26,389 nucleotides of DNA from Aquificaceae bacterium (GTDB lineage: Bacteria; Aquificota; Aquificia; Aquificales; Aquificaceae), in contig JAXSMZ010000021.1 of assembly GCA_037924335.1 (NCBI GenBank), forward strand, positions 1 through 26,389, read 5' to 3'. The notes under the pieces are model-generated. The model was given only the letters and a program-made list of their open reading frames with translations. It made no database searches and had not been told where the DNA came from. Position 1 is the first letter of the stretch. The number at the start of each line of letters is the position of its first letter. Shown here piece after piece: positions 1 through 7,819 of the stretch. Made by a program: the position numbers and the translations under genes.

Positions 1-531
1 GTAGCCATCCTCAAAAGGCGGGATATTCTCTCTCTGCAGAAGGTTTACAGCTTTTCTTATGTCTGTCTTTGTGAGCTTTTGCGTTCCTACGAGTGCAGAT
101 CTGGAGCTCACACCGCCCGCATAAAGCACATTCGTGCCACTGCAAAGCTCGTTCATGGCTATGGTGTCCAAAGACCTCTGGGCTTGGTCTGAGAGTATGT
201 CTGTTGTGTAGTCAACAAGTGGCACAAAAGAAGTCATGTCTGCAAACTCATATAGGTCTATGCTGTCGCCGTATTCTTGCACGGTCACCTGTATCGGTGT
301 AAGGTTGGGAAGTGCTGTAGCCTGTGGTGTAGGCTGGTCTGTGATGGGCGTGGTGTTTATGGGCTTAGGATTTGCCCTGTAAAACTCTATAGTTCTTCCA
401 GAGTTGGCAGGAAGGCTTCTCCTTTGTCCGAACCTGCTGGCTACAAGGTTCGCCTTCACATACTCAAGGAGCTTCTTCTCATAATAAAGAGGGAAAAGCT
501 CTGGGTGTGTTGTTCTGCTAACTGTGCTCAT
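1..531 (-). CDS. Major capsid protein, N4-gp56 family (3' part outside window; absent from ORF track)
   Basis: Manual translation is open for 177 codons: MSTVSRTTHPELFPLYYEKKLLEYVKANLVASRFGQRRSLPANSGRTIEFYR...QVTVQEYGDSIDL...DIRKAVNLLQRENIPPFEDGY. The P.N.G.TI.F.R and TV.EYG motifs fit this family. ATG overlaps the scaffold stop (TAATG), with GAGG upstream. Confidence 0.85.
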   Translation of the reverse strand, partial: MSTVSRTTHPELFPLYYEKKLLEYVKANLVASRFGQRRSLPANSGRTIEFYRANPKPINTTPITDQPTPQATALPNLTPIQVTVQEYGDSIDLYEFADMTSFVPLVDYTTDILSDQAQRSLDTIAMNELCSGTNVLYAGGVSSRSALVGTQKLTKTDIRKAVNLLQRENIPPFEDGY

Positions 532-935
532 TATCTTACCTCCTCATAAAGTTTTTGTTTAAGTTTTAAAAGCTCTTGATAGCTTGCTTTTTCAAGCCAC
601 TCTTTGGTAAAGGTCTGTGGCTCTTCTTGTGTGTGGGTTGCAGATGCTTTGAATTTCTCTTTTGCTTTTTCTTGATACTCATCTACTATGGCTTTTAGAG
701 TATCCACGTCTGCTTTGTCTATGAGCTTCAGGATTGGTGCGTTTTCTCCGTCAACTGCACGCACGAGTCTTACAGCTTCTGTCTGTAAATGCTCGTAGTA
801 TTTCTTGCCTATGTCTGCGAGGGACTTTAGTTCGTCCCTTTCCTTTTCCAGCGCCTGAACTTTGAGCTGAAGCGTTTCAACCGCTTCTTGTAGCTCTTCC
901 TTGCTAAGTGTCAAAATTGTCTCCTTGTCTAACAT
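531..935 (-). CDS. Putative capsid scaffolding protein (coiled coil)
   Basis: 134 aa, E/K/L-rich and helical, between protease and capsid genes; AAGGAGG RBS. Confidence 0.65.
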   Translation of the reverse strand: MLDKETILTLSKEELQEAVETLQLKVQALEKERDELKSLADIGKKYYEHLQTEAVRLVRAVDGENAPILKLIDKADVDTLKAIVDEYQEKAKEKFKASATHTQEEPQTFTKEWLEKASYQELLKLKQKLYEEVR

Positions 936-938
936 GCT

Positions 939-1628
939 TTAACCTCCTTTACAATGTTTTTCATAAAGTCTTTTAGCTCTGTCATATATTTGCTTGTGTC
1001 CGTGCAAAGAGGACAACTGCATAGCCGCTTTAAGTCTCTCGCAGGAGATTTTCCCATCCCACGTTTTGTATGGGTATCTGCGAGAGGATGGGTCTAAGAA
1101 GAAGTCATTTGGAGCTTTATCTCTCAGCTCTGGGTCATCCCACCACTCTGAAGTAGAAAGTTCTATGTCCTCGTATCTGCCTGCCATTATTTTTGCGTTT
1201 GGGTCTGCTCCTTCAAAAACCAGAGATATTTCTTTGAACTCTATATCTTTTACTTGACCCTCTTGTTTTTTAACAACTGCACCTATTGACACAGACCTTA
1301 TTGGACTTGGCTGAAGCTTTATAAGGCTTATAAGTTTTTCATTACCTTCTTTTGCAACCCTTACCCTTGCCATGACAGCCTTTTGTGTGTCATCAAACCA
1401 GCTGTGTACTACAACTCCCACTATCTTGTCTACCTTCCACTCGTGGTCAAGTAGCAATGGTTTACCTATTAGGTCTCCTTGCCTTTTTATAAGCACTTCG
1501 GAGGGGAAGACTACTGCTCCCTTGCCAGATTGTATTTCCGTGTCTGCAGACAAAGCTCTGACAGTAAACTCTATATATTCGTCAGTCTCTTCTATTCCTT
1601 CAGCAACAAAGTTAAGAGTTAAATACAT
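939..1628 (-). CDS. HK97-type prohead/maturation protease with an extra C-terminal domain (DUF6582-like)
   Basis: PLLLDH (His), VSIG (Ser) and EISLV..GADPNA motifs; C-terminal FLDPSSRRYPY...LKAA extension. Confidence 0.8.
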   Translation of the reverse strand: MYLTLNFVAEGIEETDEYIEFTVRALSADTEIQSGKGAVVFPSEVLIKRQGDLIGKPLLLDHEWKVDKIVGVVVHSWFDDTQKAVMARVRVAKEGNEKLISLIKLQPSPIRSVSIGAVVKKQEGQVKDIEFKEISLVFEGADPNAKIMAGRYEDIELSTSEWWDDPELRDKAPNDFFLDPSSRRYPYKTWDGKISCERLKAAMQLSSLHGHKQIYDRAKRLYEKHCKGG

Positions 1629-1635
1629 GCTTTTG

Positions 1636-1664
1636 ATATTAGCTTGGTGTTATGCGTGCATCAA
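1636..1664 (-). promoter_or_regulatory. Sigma70-type promoter for a leaderless protease-scaffold-capsid transcript
   Basis: Minus strand reads TTGATG-17 nt-TAATAT-7 nt-ATG; no Shine-Dalgarno sequence. Confidence 0.6.
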
Positions 1665-1673
1665 GCAGAGATT

Positions 1674-2036
1674 TCAAAGGGAAAGATAGATTTCTCTCAA
1701 AGGCTCTGGTAAAAGCTCCGCTGGATATTCCTTTTTTGCTATTTTATCTAAGTGCCACCACCAGTGAGGGAGTGGCTTATCGCTGTTGTCAAGCCTGTAA
1801 ACTATTAGGTTGCCAAACTTTTTCAGACCCTTCAAAAGCCTTTTGTCAATCTCTATAACTCTTTCATCATTGTCAAGCCCTAAGCGATGTATCTCATCTC
1901 TTGCATCAAGCATGAGCCACATGTTGTCATAGCTGTAAGCATCTGGTAGGTTTGGAGGATACTCAAGGCTGAATTCATAATCCTCTATAAGCTCTACAAT
2001 ATTCTGATTATTGCTGACATGCTCTTTTTTATCCAT
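1674..2036 (-). CDS. Hypothetical protein, putative immunity protein of the upstream toxin domain
   Basis: 120 aa with a P..HWWWHLD motif; AGGAGG RBS; overlaps the 3' end of the toxin ORF by 43 nt. Confidence 0.55.
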   Translation of the reverse strand: MDKKEHVSNNQNIVELIEDYEFSLEYPPNLPDAYSYDNMWLMLDARDEIHRLGLDNDERVIEIDKRLLKGLKKFGNLIVYRLDNSDKPLPHWWWHLDKIAKKEYPAELLPEPLREIYLSL

Positions 2037-2350
2037 TGCTCCGCCTCCTGCCTATATAGGCTTAGAATTGCCATATTGTCATTGGAGCATACAACTTTCA
2101 TATCGCCCTTATAGTAGATAAAATAAGTGCCTCCCTTGTTTCTTTCAACGTAAACTGCAGACGGCTTCTTGATGATATCATAAGCAATCTTTTTATAATC
2201 TCCCGCTGAACTTGCTCCTACTTCCTCTCCATGCTTTAGAAAATGCTTTTGTAAATATCGCCCAAGGTAGTTCTCTATATCTTTGTCCTTTGGTTGTGCT
2301 GGCACTCTCCCCCAGCTACTTCCAAGATGTGCTTTTATTTTGTTTGTAAT
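1994..2350 (-). CDS. Polymorphic toxin C-terminal domain (putative RNase), probably a 5'-truncated MuF-toxin gene; possible GTG start at 2305
   Basis: LQKHFLKHGEEVG...DY...A motif followed by a beta-rich segment. The frame stays open 15 codons upstream of the GTG to a TGA at 2351-2353. Position is where MuF toxins usually lie. Confidence 0.6.
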   Translation of the reverse strand: MTNKIKAHLGSSWGRVPAQPKDKDIENYLGRYLQKHFLKHGEEVGASSAGDYKKIAYDIIKKPSAVYVERNKGGTYFIYYKGDMKVVCSNDNMAILSLYRQEAEQWIKKSMSAIIRIL

Positions 2351-2356
2351 TCATTT

Positions 2357-3220
2357 TCAAGAACCACAGTGAAGAAGGATTGGAATAACAAAAAAGCTTA
2401 GCAGTATACCAAGGCCAGCGCTTGCAAAAGCAAGCTCATGGTCAAGACCGTACTTGAGGGACAAAACACCTGCCATTATCATGGTGGGCATGGAAGCCTG
2501 CATTACAGAGACCTTGAAAGGAAGACCCTCTACCCTTAGAAGAGAGCAGAGCAAGTAAGCAACAAGTCCAGAAAGGGCCATCTTTATAAAAAGGGCAGAA
2601 GTTATGCTTTTTAGCCTCTTTCCTATTCCAGAAAGGCTAAGAGAAAGACCCATTGCAAAGAGCACTACAGGGCTCAAAGAAGCTGAAAGAAATTCTATAA
2701 AGTCTCCCAAAGGCTTAGGGATCGCAAGGTCCCTCAGCAGAAAACCAAACAGAAGTCCCAAAAAGGGAGGGAAGAGGAAAACCTCCCTCAGGTTCATACT
2801 GCCTCTTGAGAGCATAACACCAACCGAGGACATCATAAGAAAAGAGCCAAGAGAATCATATATTACGGCGTATTTTAATCCTTCCTGTCCAAAGTAAGAG
2901 AGAGCATAAGGATAACCAAGGAAGGCTGTGTTTCCAAAGGAAGAAGAGAGAATAAAGCTCCTAAGAGCTTCTTCTTTTAGCCCTAAGGCTCTTCCCACAG
3001 GGAAAGAGATTAAAAGGCAGGATATTATACTTCCCCAGGCTACAAGGGCTATCTTTACAACATCCCAGCTTAATCCTAAGTTATGAGCGGATTTGAAGCT
3101 TACAGCAGGTAAGGAAAGATAAACGACGTAGTTGATGAAAACCTTTGCGTGGTCCTTTTCAAAAAGACCAAAGCTCCTCAGCACATAGGACAGGAGTAAG
3201 AGAAGAAAAATATCAAGCAT
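2357..3220 (-). CDS. AEC (auxin efflux carrier) family transporter
   Basis: Hydrophobic 287 aa; LSLPA, FGNTAFLGYP and SMPT motifs. Confidence 0.9.
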   Translation of the reverse strand: MLDIFLLLLLSYVLRSFGLFEKDHAKVFINYVVYLSLPAVSFKSAHNLGLSWDVVKIALVAWGSIISCLLISFPVGRALGLKEEALRSFILSSSFGNTAFLGYPYALSYFGQEGLKYAVIYDSLGSFLMMSSVGVMLSRGSMNLREVFLFPPFLGLLFGFLLRDLAIPKPLGDFIEFLSASLSPVVLFAMGLSLSLSGIGKRLKSITSALFIKMALSGLVAYLLCSLLRVEGLPFKVSVMQASMPTMIMAGVLSLKYGLDHELAFASAGLGILLSFFVIPILLHCGS

Positions 3221-4172
3221 ATATAAACCTTTCTATCTCCCTCCTTACCAAGGAGTAAGAACCTAGATGCCTTCTGAGAAAGTTTTCGAGGCTTTTTATA
3301 GGGAGAAGGTTCTGAGGAGACCTTTTGTCTTGAAAGCTCATGCTCTCAAAGAGCGGTAGTGTGCCAGCTGTTAAGTCAGCCAACCTTTTGGCAGTATTGA
3401 GTCCGACCTTTTCAAAGACCTCAAGTCTGGCAAAGGAGCCTATACCCTCTCCCTCTGTCAACTTTACGTACCAGGTGTATTTTTCCACTCTCTCTTTCTC
3501 CTCCTGTTTCTGCTGATGGTGGACTTTTATGAGTGGGCTTCTCTGACCCCGTTTTAATTCGTTTAGAATATGTGTATCTTCCCTTCTCATGTAGAGCTTT
3601 TTTATAGTCTTTATGTATCCCAAGCATGTGCTATCCCTGAGTTTGTAGCTTAAAGTTCCGTCGCATAAAACAATGGTAGGCTTTACCTCTTTTAACACTT
3701 TTCTTGCCACACCGACCTCAAGCTCTTCCTTCATTATTCTGTTTATCTCTTTTGAAACGTCACCGTCCACAAAGCGGGACTCAAAACCTATTTCCTTGAA
3801 AGGGTCTGTGTCCAAAGAACCTTTTATGACTGCGTATCTTCTCACTACAGGATCGAACATGGATTCTTCTATTATGTTCATCCTTCCTAACTTTATTAGG
3901 ACAGCGCCAGCTCCAAGGGAAGCAAAGGCCCCCTCGTAGCTTGAACCCATCTCATCCATAAGGTAGAGGGCGTATTCGGTCCTCCTCACACCGTCCACAA
4001 AGGCTATGCGTATGCTTTCCTTTGGAAGAAGTCCATCGTAAGGTTTTATCTCTTCAACTGTATCCACAAACTGCTCGGACTCTTCGTACTCCAAAGCTTC
4101 TATATCCGGAAGCTCCCAAGGCCTTAAGGTTATCCTATACTTGCTAATGTCTTTCAAGTTCAAGCTCCTCAA
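3213..4172 (-). CDS. nurA: NurA-family nuclease (start uncertain)
   Basis: AFVDGVRR, LCDGTL, GYIKT, GQRSP, WYVKL and D.R.PQNL.PI..LE..LRR.LG motifs. Confidence 0.75.
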   Translation of the reverse strand: MRSLNLKDISKYRITLRPWELPDIEALEYEESEQFVDTVEEIKPYDGLLPKESIRIAFVDGVRRTEYALYLMDEMGSSYEGAFASLGAGAVLIKLGRMNIIEESMFDPVVRRYAVIKGSLDTDPFKEIGFESRFVDGDVSKEINRIMKEELEVGVARKVLKEVKPTIVLCDGTLSYKLRDSTCLGYIKTIKKLYMRREDTHILNELKRGQRSPLIKVHHQQKQEEKERVEKYTWYVKLTEGEGIGSFARLEVFEKVGLNTAKRLADLTAGTLPLFESMSFQDKRSPQNLLPIKSLENFLRRHLGSYSLVRREIERFIYA

Positions 4173-5157
4173 ACTTCTTAAGCAGCATCTTCTTTAGCCT
4201 TTCCATCCCATAGCCAGTTATGGCTGATATGGCTACAAAATCGTAGCCCATCCTTCTGAAGGCCTCTTCCAACCTCTTAGTATATTCCATGTCAGAAAGC
4301 ATATCCACTTTTGTCCCAACAACAATCTGTGGCTTCTTTGCAAGCTCCGGGTTGTGCTTTTTCAGCTCTAAATTTATGACTCTGAAAGCTTCCAATGGGT
4401 CTACCTGTCTGAAGTCTGAAATATCTATAAGATGCAGGAGAAGCCTTGTTCTCTCCACATGCCTCAGAAACTCGTGTCCAAGGCCCTTGCCCTCCGATGC
4501 TCCCTCCACAAGCCCAGGTATGTCAACCAAAACTATCCTTTTCTCCTCATCGTAGCTAAAGACACCCAGTATGGGTTTTAAAGTGGTGAAGGGATAGTCT
4601 GCTATTTTTGGTCTTGCCTTTGTAAGCTTGGATATAAGAGTTGATTTACCGGCATTGGGAAGCCCTACAATGCCCACATCGGCTATTAGCTTTAGCTCGA
4701 GCAAAAGCCATCTTTCTTCTCCCTTCTCCCCCTTCTCCGCATACTTGGGAGTCTGATCTGTTGGAGTTGCAAAGTGAGCGTTTCCTCTTCCACCCTTTCC
4801 ACCCCTTGCCACAAGGCACACATCCCCCTCTTTTAATAAGTCGCATAGTACCTTTCCAGTGTTAGCATCCTTTACCATTGTTCCGAGCGGAACCTCTATG
4901 AGAAGGTCCTCCCCGTCTTTTCCGTGCTTATTCTTTCCTTTTCCGTTCTCGCCCCTCTGTGCTCTGAAATGCCTGTGGTATTTAAAATCGTAAAGGGTGT
5001 GCTTCCTTGAGCTTGCAACAAGCAACACATCTCCTCCCCTTCCACCGTCCCCACCAGCCGGACCACCAAAGGGTTTGTACTTCTCTCTTAAAAAGGCAAC
5101 GGCTCCATCTCCTCCATCTCCAGCCTTAACGTAGACCTTAGCCCAATCTACAAACAT
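4144..5157 (-). CDS. obgE: GTPase ObgE/CgtA
   Basis: MFVD..., Gly-rich Obg fold, GLPNAGKST, YPFTT, DIPG. Confidence 0.98.
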   Translation of the reverse strand: MFVDWAKVYVKAGDGGDGAVAFLREKYKPFGGPAGGDGGRGGDVLLVASSRKHTLYDFKYHRHFRAQRGENGKGKNKHGKDGEDLLIEVPLGTMVKDANTGKVLCDLLKEGDVCLVARGGKGGRGNAHFATPTDQTPKYAEKGEKGEERWLLLELKLIADVGIVGLPNAGKSTLISKLTKARPKIADYPFTTLKPILGVFSYDEEKRIVLVDIPGLVEGASEGKGLGHEFLRHVERTRLLLHLIDISDFRQVDPLEAFRVINLELKKHNPELAKKPQIVVGTKVDMLSDMEYTKRLEEAFRRMGYDFVAISAITGYGMERLKKMLLKKFEELELERH

Positions 5158-5177
5158 TATTTATAATTTTATATTCA

Positions 5178-5260
5178 GCGGGTGTGGCGGAATTGGCAGA
5201 CGCGCAGGACTTAGGATCCTGTGGGGTTAACCCGTGAGGGTTCAACTCCCTCCACCCGCA
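5178..5260 (+). tRNA. tRNA-Leu (TAG), CCA not encoded
   Basis: Acceptor stem GCGGGTG/CACCCGC plus discriminator A; anticodon arm CAGGA-CTTAGGA-TCCTG; long variable arm; GGTTCAACTCC T-arm. Confidence 0.97.
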
Positions 5261-5284
5261 TTACTACTAAAAAGGAGAGGTAGC

Positions 5285-6550
5285 ATGTTAAAGCTTGAGA
5301 GAGTATACAGATGGGACAATGGGGTAAACTTACCGCAGGAAGGAGAGTTTATAAAACTCAGAGAAGATAAGAGCTTGTATGTACCCAACGAGCCCATAGT
5401 ACCCTTCATAGAGGGAGATGGCATAGGGTCGGAGATCATGCCTGCCATGATAATGGTTGTAAACACTGCCATAGAAAAGGCTTACAGAAGTTCGAAGCGT
5501 ATACACTGGGTTGAACTCCTTGCAGGCGACAAGGCGGAGGAGAAAACTGGGGATAGAATGCCAAAGGAAACTTTAGAATTTTTGAAGGAGGCCATAGTTG
5601 GCATAAAGGGACCCCTTGGCACTCCAGTGGGCAAGGGAGGGAAGTCTCTAAACGCCATACTAAGACAGTCTATGGATTTTTATTCTGCCATAAGGCCTGT
5701 CTATTGGCTTGGCCAACCTGCACCCATACCAAACCCAGAGAGGGTCAACGTAGCTGTCTTTAGAGAGAACTCTGACGACGTTTATATGAGCATAGAATAC
5801 ATGCCAAGGGGAGAAAATACCCAAAAGGTAAGGGAGTTCTTTATAAAGGAGATGGGTGTTTCTGAGTATGCCCTCCCTGAGGATTGCGGCATTACTGTAA
5901 AGCCTATGAGCGAATTCAAAACAAAGAGACATGTAAGGAAAGCTCTAAGATGGGCCTTGGAGAACGGGAAAGGAACTGTGGCCGTAGTGGGGAAGGGTAA
6001 CATAATGAAAGCTACAGAAGGAGCCTTTATGAACTGGGCCTTTGAGGTGATAAAGGAGCCAGAGTTTGAAGGTAGGGTTATAACTCAGGGTGAGCCCAAA
6101 GACGGACAAGTTCTCATGATAAAGGTGATAACCGACCAGATGCTCATGCAGCTTGTTTTAAGACCAGAAGCTTACGATGTTATCATCACACAGAACCTGA
6201 ACGGTGATTACATCTCAGACCTTGCATCTGCTCTTGTGGGTGGTCCTGGCTTTGTACCAAGCGGAAACATAGGAGATGGCTACGCTCTCTTTGAGAGCAC
6301 TCACGGTACCGCTTACGATATAGCGGGGAAAGGTATTGCCAATCCCATATCCCTTACACTGTCCGGTGGTATGCTCCTTGAATACATAGGTTGGAAAGAG
6401 GCTGCTGACCTCATATACAAAGCCATAAAGAAAGCAATAGAGGACAGGTTGGGAACTGCAGACATAGCCATGGGTTTTAAAAGGATAGGGGTGGAAGCAA
6501 AGGCACTGTCCACGATGGAGTTTGCTCAGGCTATAGCGCAGAGGGTTTGA
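5285..6550 (+). CDS. icd: Isocitrate dehydrogenase, homodimeric type, NAD-type signature
   Basis: IEGDGIG, IKGPLGTP, FRENSDD, KGNIMK, NLNGDYISD and HGTAYDIAGK; ATG at 5285 after AGGAGAGG. Confidence 0.95.
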   Translation: MLKLERVYRWDNGVNLPQEGEFIKLREDKSLYVPNEPIVPFIEGDGIGSEIMPAMIMVVNTAIEKAYRSSKRIHWVELLAGDKAEEKTGDRMPKETLEFLKEAIVGIKGPLGTPVGKGGKSLNAILRQSMDFYSAIRPVYWLGQPAPIPNPERVNVAVFRENSDDVYMSIEYMPRGENTQKVREFFIKEMGVSEYALPEDCGITVKPMSEFKTKRHVRKALRWALENGKGTVAVVGKGNIMKATEGAFMNWAFEVIKEPEFEGRVITQGEPKDGQVLMIKVITDQMLMQLVLRPEAYDVIITQNLNGDYISDLASALVGGPGFVPSGNIGDGYALFESTHGTAYDIAGKGIANPISLTLSGGMLLEYIGWKEAADLIYKAIKKAIEDRLGTADIAMGFKRIGVEAKALSTMEFAQAIAQRV

Positions 6551-7784
6551 AAAGTTCCCTGAACCTTTCCCCTCTTTCTTTGTAATCCTTGAACATATCA
6601 AAGGAAGCACATCCAGGAGAGAAAAGGATGACGTCCCCCTTCTTTGCATAATGCTTTGCTATATTTACAGCCTCTTCCAAGCTCTCCGCCCTTTCAAGAA
6701 CGGTAGTACCCATCCACGCTCTAAAGATCTCATCCTTTGCCTCTCCTATGAGAATGGCTATTCTTACCTTTTGAACAACTAAGTCATAGATGCTCGAAAA
6801 ATCCCCTCCTTTGTTTTTCCCACCGGCTATGAGCACCACCCTCTTGTCTGGCATGCTTTTTAGTGCCGCCTCAAGAGCGTTAACCGTTGTGGATTTAGAA
6901 TCGTTGTAGACATCTATTCCATCCCATTCACCCATGTACTCTAGCCTGAAGGGTAGGCCAGAAAACTCATAAAGGACCTCTCTTATGACCTCTGTTGGAA
7001 CTCCCAAAATTTTTGCCATCATAGCGCCCGCCAGTGCGTTCCTGTAGTTATGATGGCCTATGAGTTTTAACTTATCAACTTCAAAGAGCTCCTCACCCAT
7101 AAAGTACGCCTTCCCTTCGCTTATGAAACCATGCGAATCCTTTGAACTCATCAGGTACTTTTTAGCCCTTGTTGGAGTCTGGACTACCTGCTCTTGCCTC
7201 GAATAAAGAACTATGAAATCATCCTCCCTTTGATTTCTAAATATGTTGTACTTGCTCTGAAGGTAATCTTCTAAGGACGGATGCCAATCTAGGTGGTCCT
7301 TAGCAAAGTTAAGGAAGGTACCCCCAACAGGCCTGAAGGTTTTGAGCGTTTTCCCCTGAAAGGAAGAAACTTCCAACACGGCTAAGGATTCAGGGTTTTT
7401 GAGAGCTATCTCAGAGAATGGAACGCCCATGTTGCCACCTTCCTCCACGTTGTCAAAATGCTTCTTTAGTATAAGGTAAGTTATCCTGGTGGTTGTTGAC
7501 TTCCCATCCGTTCCAGTTATGGCTAAAACTTTCCCCCTGAAAAACCTGTAAGCAAGCTCAATCTCACCTATAACTTCCAAACCCTTCTTTTGAGCCTCTA
7601 TCCAAAGAGGGTGGGATGGTGCTATACCCGGAGATAGTACAACAGTATCTACCAAGTTTATGTAATCTCTAAAATCTGTTTTTTCCTTATCATCTCCAGA
7701 GTACACCTCTATACCCTTCTCTTTGAGTAAGTTTACGGCAGCCTTTCCGCTTATCCCAATCCCCCAAACTAACACTTTCTTCAT
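6531..7784 (-). CDS. murD: UDP-N-acetylmuramoyl-L-alanine--D-glutamate ligase
   Basis: GIGISG, SPGI, TGTDGKSTT, LEVSSFQ, DHLDWH, YNDSKSTT, SPGCASFDMF. Confidence 0.97.
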   Translation of the reverse strand: MKKVLVWGIGISGKAAVNLLKEKGIEVYSGDDKEKTDFRDYINLVDTVVLSPGIAPSHPLWIEAQKKGLEVIGEIELAYRFFRGKVLAITGTDGKSTTTRITYLILKKHFDNVEEGGNMGVPFSEIALKNPESLAVLEVSSFQGKTLKTFRPVGGTFLNFAKDHLDWHPSLEDYLQSKYNIFRNQREDDFIVLYSRQEQVVQTPTRAKKYLMSSKDSHGFISEGKAYFMGEELFEVDKLKLIGHHNYRNALAGAMMAKILGVPTEVIREVLYEFSGLPFRLEYMGEWDGIDVYNDSKSTTVNALEAALKSMPDKRVVLIAGGKNKGGDFSSIYDLVVQKVRIAILIGEAKDEIFRAWMGTTVLERAESLEEAVNIAKHYAKKGDVILFSPGCASFDMFKDYKERGERFRELFKPSAL

Positions 7785-7819
7785 ATCTCAGATATTTTAA
7801 TGTGTTTTAATATTAATTG

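Larger units (their letters stand above)
1..2350 (-). mobile_element. Prophage-derived head module/remnant (toxin domain, immunity, protease, scaffold, major capsid); continues beyond the left edge
   Basis: Co-oriented, tightly packed genes in canonical head-module order, ending abruptly at the stop codon of a host AEC transporter. Confidence 0.85.

Noticed and set aside
93..549. Plus-strand ORFs 93-302 and 277-549
   Set aside because: Antisense shadows of the minus-strand capsid gene; the Cys-rich translations have no recognisable motif
5178..5260. tRNA-Leu or icd as the attachment site of the nearby prophage
   Set aside because: No duplicated 3' end or integrase was seen, and three host genes lie in between
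5234..5284. Track's GTG start for icd
   Set aside because: It lies inside tRNA-Leu; ATG 5285 has a proper RBS
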